A DNA stretch of 56,406 bases, filler included, from Bipalium vagum (Eukaryota), in NCBI GenBank assembly GCA_037834085.1. It is 3 parts of 3 records of this genome, joined end to end, with 100 filler letters (N's around TTAATTAATTAA, not from the genome) between each part and the next. Parts side by side here need not be neighbours in the genome. Positions count along the whole stretch, not along the records: positions 36,408 to 56,406 come from JBBMKC010262700.1; 2 more parts are not named here. The stretch is one strand, 5' to 3'. Below are positions 51,253-56,406 of this stretch, in pieces. The notes under the pieces are model-generated. The model was not told the origin of the DNA. It searched no databases and was given only the letters and a program-made list of their open reading frames with translations. The position numbers were made by a program, and so were the translations under genes. Every line of letters begins with the position of its first letter. Position 1 is the stretch's first letter.

Positions 51253-52535
51253 CAGTGTGTTTATTAAATATGCTAACATATTTTCATTTTAAATATTTTA
51301 ACAAACAATAAAGATATAAAGTAGGTAATATTTTTTTATTTGAATAACATATATTTAAAAACAAATACAATATGTAATGATATAATTTGACACCCGTTAA
51401 TAGCTATGCAATGGCTTAATCGAGACAGTACATTTAGACATGCTCGCTGGCACATTCCAGTATCTACTTCGGTACAAACATGATTGATTTTATGTTTGAT
51501 CAGCGATTGTATGAGGTCTGTCTCTGTACACATTTTGTTTAAGATATCTCCACAAGAAGTCTGGCGGAGTTAGATCGGGCAAACGAGGTGGCCACTCAAT
51601 TGGACCTCGTCTTCCAATCCATCGATTTGGGAACTTTTGTCTAGCCAGTTCCTGACTTTTTGAGACAAGTGCGCAGGTGCCCCATCATGTTATAAGTACT
51701 ACAACCTCTTGTTATTCTAGGCAATAAAAATTTTTCCAGCATCTCCACCTATGACTCACCAGTTACCGTATCTTCGAAGAAGTATGAGCCAATGATACTT
51801 TGTGAACTTAAACTACACCACATCTTTATCCAAACCCTGGAGTTTCTATCAGGAATTGTTATTTTTAGGATTAGAGTAGGCTCAATAGCAGCAATTGTGG
51901 CGGTTAACAACTCCATTGATTATGAACTTACTCTCGTCTAACCATATTATCTTGTTGACCAAGGAAGAGTCATTTTGGAATTGTACCAACATTATCTGGC
52001 AAAATTCCATTCTTCGGTCAAATGGAATCGTCATCGCTGATCTCACTTACGGTTGACGGTTTAAATGAATGAAAGCCTGCTTCATTAATTGCCTTTTAAT
52101 AACTGCTTACAGTCATGTCAAGTTCCCTAGCACCCTGCCAAACTGACAAATTGCTAGATTCCTCAACCAATTTTTTCACTCTTTGAATTTTTTTCGTTGT
52201 TATTACGGAACGAGGTTGGCCGGATTTTACTTGGTCATGAACACCTCCAGTCTTCTTAAACTTTCCCACGATTTTTTTAATTGTTTGCCTACTTGGTGGT
52301 GAAGTGATAAACTTCTTTTTCCAATGCCTAATCACTTCTTCAAAATTATCAAATTTGGAGTTCCATACAACATTTTGAATTCTTTCTTCTATCGAAAAAC
52401 GCAAAGCCATTTTATTTTAAAATTAACTAAATGGATTATTAAACTTTTAATCCATATAAACAAATTAGTAATACCTTTATTTTTTAACTTGTAATTTAAA
52501 AATAAAGTATGTTAACATACATAATAAACACCCTG
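51253..52535 (-). mobile_element. DD41D (rosa-type) Tc1/mariner transposon, near full length, degenerate
   Basis: TIRs CAG(T/G)GTGTTTATTA..TATG.TAACATA with TA flanks. IIWLDESKF..NGVVNRHNC, then HDGAPAH...WIGRRGPIEWPPRLPDLTPPDF, giving 41 residues between the last two Asp after correcting one frameshift. Confidence 0.92.
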
Positions 52536-52544
52536 TATATTTAA

Positions 52545-53770
52545 TTCCTAACTAAAAGCCAACAAAAATCTTCCATCATTCTGGGATCTGAAATCAAAAT
52601 GGAAGAAATCCAAATGAACATACATGAAAAACAACTTCAAACACATTCGATAATTCTGCAAGTTGAAAGCCGATAACATATCTTTGATTAGTTGTGACCA
52701 TTTGTTACATCTTTTTTTGCAAGGAAGCCTTTGGTGACTAGAACCAATGCATTCCAGGCGTTACATTCCGTTTCGTTTGGTAACACCGATAAATTTTCGC
52801 TATTTTTTTTATCAATTTCCTAAGTTGAGGACCTATGAAAATAACTTCTTTTAATTTTGCCTCAGACATTTTTGGAAAGACGTTGCTAAATACTCGATGG
52901 CTTTCTCATTTCTCAAGCTTTTAACGAATTGCTTGAATAATCCCAATTTTATATGTAAAAGCAACAGTAGAATATTTTGCGAACAGATTAATGGTGTATG
53001 GCTGACATAATTTCGTCCTAGTACCCTTTCCATTCTTGTTGGCCACTTGACATACGGGTAATAATTCGATTTATATCTCGAATTCCATAAGCAGAGGAAA
53101 CACATATTCTTGTCGTATCCTTCTTGAAGTCCCATAAGGCAACCGACCTTTCTGAAGTCACCACAGACCTGTAGTTGTCATGGATCATAATTAATCGAAG
53201 TAAGAGCTTCTTTAATTGAGTCATAGGTCTCCTTCGTATTTCTGGCATAGTATAATGGAATGGTTAGATATTGAGATTGATTGTGAAGAAGTACTACTTT
53301 TAAACTAGCTACGGAGTTTTCAATAAAAATCCATCAGTTACGTATATCATTGTCAAATTTAGTTCTTGCAATACACGGAGCAAGTCTTTTTACCATAGAA
53401 GGATGCATATATCAATTCTCTGATCTGGTATTGAGAATAGTTGACCGTTCATTCTAAGACGTTATATGAACTAAGTATTTTTAAAATTCATGAGAGTCCG
53501 GTTTGGTTAAATGCAACTGCTTAACTAAATTATCCAATTGACTTTGGAAAATTGTACTGCTTTGAACTTCTTTTGGTTGAACATAGTCTTCAGAATCACT
53601 TTCTTTATCGGATGATTTTGCATCTATAGACAAAATACTGCCTGAAGAATTGGAACAGTGAACTGGTCCACGAATGGAATTGACTTCGGCGTGTATTGTA
53701 GATTCACGTGTTCTCACGTTATACCCAATAACAGAAGTCAGACAGAAATAGCAGTCATGATGTCCGACAT
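52545..53770 (-). mobile_element. Chapaev3-like (CMC group) transposase remnant
   Basis: HHDCYFCL, GLQEGYDKNMCFLCLWNSR..WPTR, LHIKLGLFKQFVKSL, SEAKLKEVIFIGPQLR, HLDFF and MEDFCW motifs in the expected order. Confidence 0.75.
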
Positions 53771-53959
53771 AATTATAATATTAAGTCTATAAAGTGTCAA
53801 TTAAGTAGCTTTACAACCTTTAATAAATCTTTGAATATTGGTTTTGTTAAACAAAATTATTATCACATGTAGGTTGACAAATTTTTGACAATTTGTTGAA
53901 AATATTTCAAATTGTAATAATTATTTCTATTTTAGATTATACATCGATTGTCAGGAGGT

Positions 53960-54330
53960 GATAGACTTGAAGAGCGAGTCAAAATCGTTGAATTGAAATA
54001 TGAATATTATAAATCCATAACAATTCAAAGAACATGAAAACAATGAATAAATACTGATACACCAAGAATACCAACAATCAATGCAATATTTAAGAAACTC
54101 TTTAGACTGGGAGAGTTTTGCATGCACCAAAAAGTTGACGTTAACCAAGCAATATAGAGAAAAATTTGATGAAAAAATTAATCAACCGATGGAAGAAAAG
54201 CCCAAGACATCACTTAGACGGCTGTCCAATGAACGCATTACTCCACATTAAAAAGTACATATAGCGGTGAAGACATTGCATTTTAAACCGTACATTTTCA
54301 GATTGGTTCACCCGTTAACAGATGATGATT
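53960..54330 (+). mobile_element. DD41D-like transposase N-terminal remnant
   Basis: EERVKIVELKY, PKTSLRRLS and LHFKPYIFRLVHPLTDDD fragments. Confidence 0.6.
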
Positions 54331-54879
54331 AAACATAGCATTATAATAATAAATTAATTAGAATCACAATTTTTATTATAGTAAAAGTTAGTTATGATTT
54401 TTAGGATGTTACATAAAATAAAATTCTAAGATGGTTTTTAAAAAAACAATTCTAATTAATAAATTTAATATTAATCCCTTAAAATTCATCACATTTTTAT
54501 TTTATTGAAAGTAATGTTAATTTGTAATGATATCAGGTTATAACAGTGAAATTTAGAACTTTTACAAAATAACAATTTGTTGAGATCTACATTTTACATT
54601 TAATTGATTTTTGAAATTTGCATGAAAAATCTTTGTAAAGGCTACTTTTTTATTTTTATAATTCTAAAAAATGAATGTGAATTTATATTTTATATGTGAA
54701 AATATTTTTTTAAAAAATTAAAATGTATAATTTTATAAATAAATAATAATGTTATAATATAAGGAAATAAAAAAAATTTATATAAATTGTTGGGTTAAAA
54801 TGTTAATTAAAAATATAACCCGTTAATTAATTAATATTATCAAAATTTATGAAACAAAGCAACTTACTATAAATAAATA

Positions 54880-55309
54880 TGTGAAAGTAAAGTTACTAAA
54901 TATAGTAAATTCTATAATATAAGAACTTACTTAAAATAGTAATCACCTAAGCGTAATTCTAGTATTAGGAAGTAAAACTTACTTAAAATAGAAACCGCCC
55001 ACACATGAATTTATTATCAGTAAGTTAGAATAGAGCCAATGAGAAGCTCTAGAATGTGTAAAAACAGGAGTATAAACTCTTGGTTTTCACATTCAAAATG
55101 TCCTTAACAACTTAGAATACGATTTGAAATCGTTTCCTGTGTTCTTTCTTGTCATCATCGGCCCGGTGTGTTGAACTTAATATAAAACCGCAATACATTT
55201 TACCTTTTTCTGCCTTTCTTCGGTCTCGTTGTTCTTCTTTCCCCAGTACTGCAATAAAAAACCCAAACACAGCAAACAAAACTTACGTCAAATAATAAAA
55301 TATATCACA
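54880..55309 (+). mobile_element. Probable solo LTR (~430 bp)
   Basis: TGTGA...TCACA termini. Duplicated AACTTACTTAAAATAG, then CCAAT (~55037), TATAAA (~55071) and AATAAA (~55253) in LTR order. No clean target-site duplication. Confidence 0.45.
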
Positions 55310-56406
55310 GAAACAGGACAACAACCACAAAAAATACGTTAAAATTCTTTCTCGGAATTTACAAAAGGTGTTGGAAAATGTGCAGGGTTCTCAGGAATTA
55401 CCCCCTCAAGAAAATTAAAAATAATTTTTACTATAAATTTTATACAATACTACCCTACACCATAAAAAGATACCTATTCAACGCTTTAAAATTAAAAGAT
55501 GTAGCTATTATAACACAATGATTCCTAATTCTTATTTTCTTTTTGCCCTCATACTATTGAGCCTTAGTATTTCAGGCTACTCAGGCGATAAGAGTTAGGG
55601 ATAAGTAACATTCCTTGGGAGATTACATCATCCAATATACCGTGAGCAGCGGATATTGAACTGTTTCATCAACCTTTGTTTGTTCGTGAGATCTTTATGT
55701 ATCATTTTTGTTCTCGTCCCCTGAGCCTTGGGATGTCAAACTACACATGACATATAATGATCTGGTGTAAAATTATCATGAGCCTTTATAATTTTACGTG
55801 GGAAAGTTATAATAAAATTAAAAATTAAAAATTGAAAGATTATTTAGACAGTTGAATTTTTTTTTAAAAATTAGGTAAATAAGAATGCTTTATTATGGAG
55901 TATAATTTAAAGTTAAATTTAGAGCATTTTAAGAAATTTAAGGTAATTAGAAGTTTGCAGTTCATAGTTATTAGACAATTTTTAATTAAAGTTTAAATTA
56001 TTAACTAATGCTTATTACCTATTTATTATGTTTTAGTGTTTTAGGTATCCTCAATACTATTTAGGAAATTTAAATTTAATAATGAGGTTATTGAAATGGA
56101 ATTTATGCTAAAGTTGGAATTTATTTATTGGATAAAATTTAGTTATATATATAGATTAGTATTGTTTTTTTTGAAGTTATTTTTATGAAGTTATTAATTT
56201 AATATATTGAGATTAGTTATTAATAGATTAAAAGCAATTTTTAAGGTAATTAGGTTAATAAGATAATAATAATTTATTTATATGTATATAATTAGGTAGC
56301 ATTTATTGATTTATTTGATTTTATGTTGTTGAGAGATAAGTTATTCTTGAGTTAAAAGCAATATTTAAAGCCAATTAAAATTACATTATAAAGATGTCAA
56401 TTTTAC

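Noticed and set aside
55800-56406. G-skewed AT-rich tail as a mitochondrial insertion
   Set aside because: No recognisable mitochondrial rRNA, tRNA or protein motif; only loose short repeats.

Overview
Very AT-rich animal genomic DNA, not prokaryotic. It has 41-50 nt GT-AG introns, CpG-rich exons and many Hsmar1/cecropia-like mariners, which fits a triclad flatworm (planarian), although the sequence alone cannot prove the taxon. The window is three pieces joined by artificial 100-nt spacers (N44-TTAATTAATTAA-N44 at 18042-18141 and 36308-36407), so gene neighbourhoods across those points are not real. Host genes: a 208-aa orphan ORF (2210-2836), a complete six-exon CCT4/TCP-1 delta gene (15359-17160, 525 aa), a single-ORF 1177-aa SNRK kinase (18880-22413), the first coding exon of a cGMP-dependent protein kinase with a PKG-I-beta-type N-terminus (40747-40263, minus) and a probable terminal exon missed by the ORF track (30201-29990, minus). 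Most of the rest is decayed transposons: mariner, Tc1/Tc3-like, DD41D, Chapaev3-like, a Ty3/gypsy protease fragment, a non-LTR RT YADD fragment, MITEs and a probable solo LTR. The most unusual signals are a ~220-bp tRNA-Ala-containing repeat present twice in different circular permutations, an isolated intein/Hint-like motif (IDVTEDHSLL) behind CCT4, and 3' splice-acceptor signals just upstream of the start codon of all four host genes. No complete new system can be demonstrated from the sequence alone.
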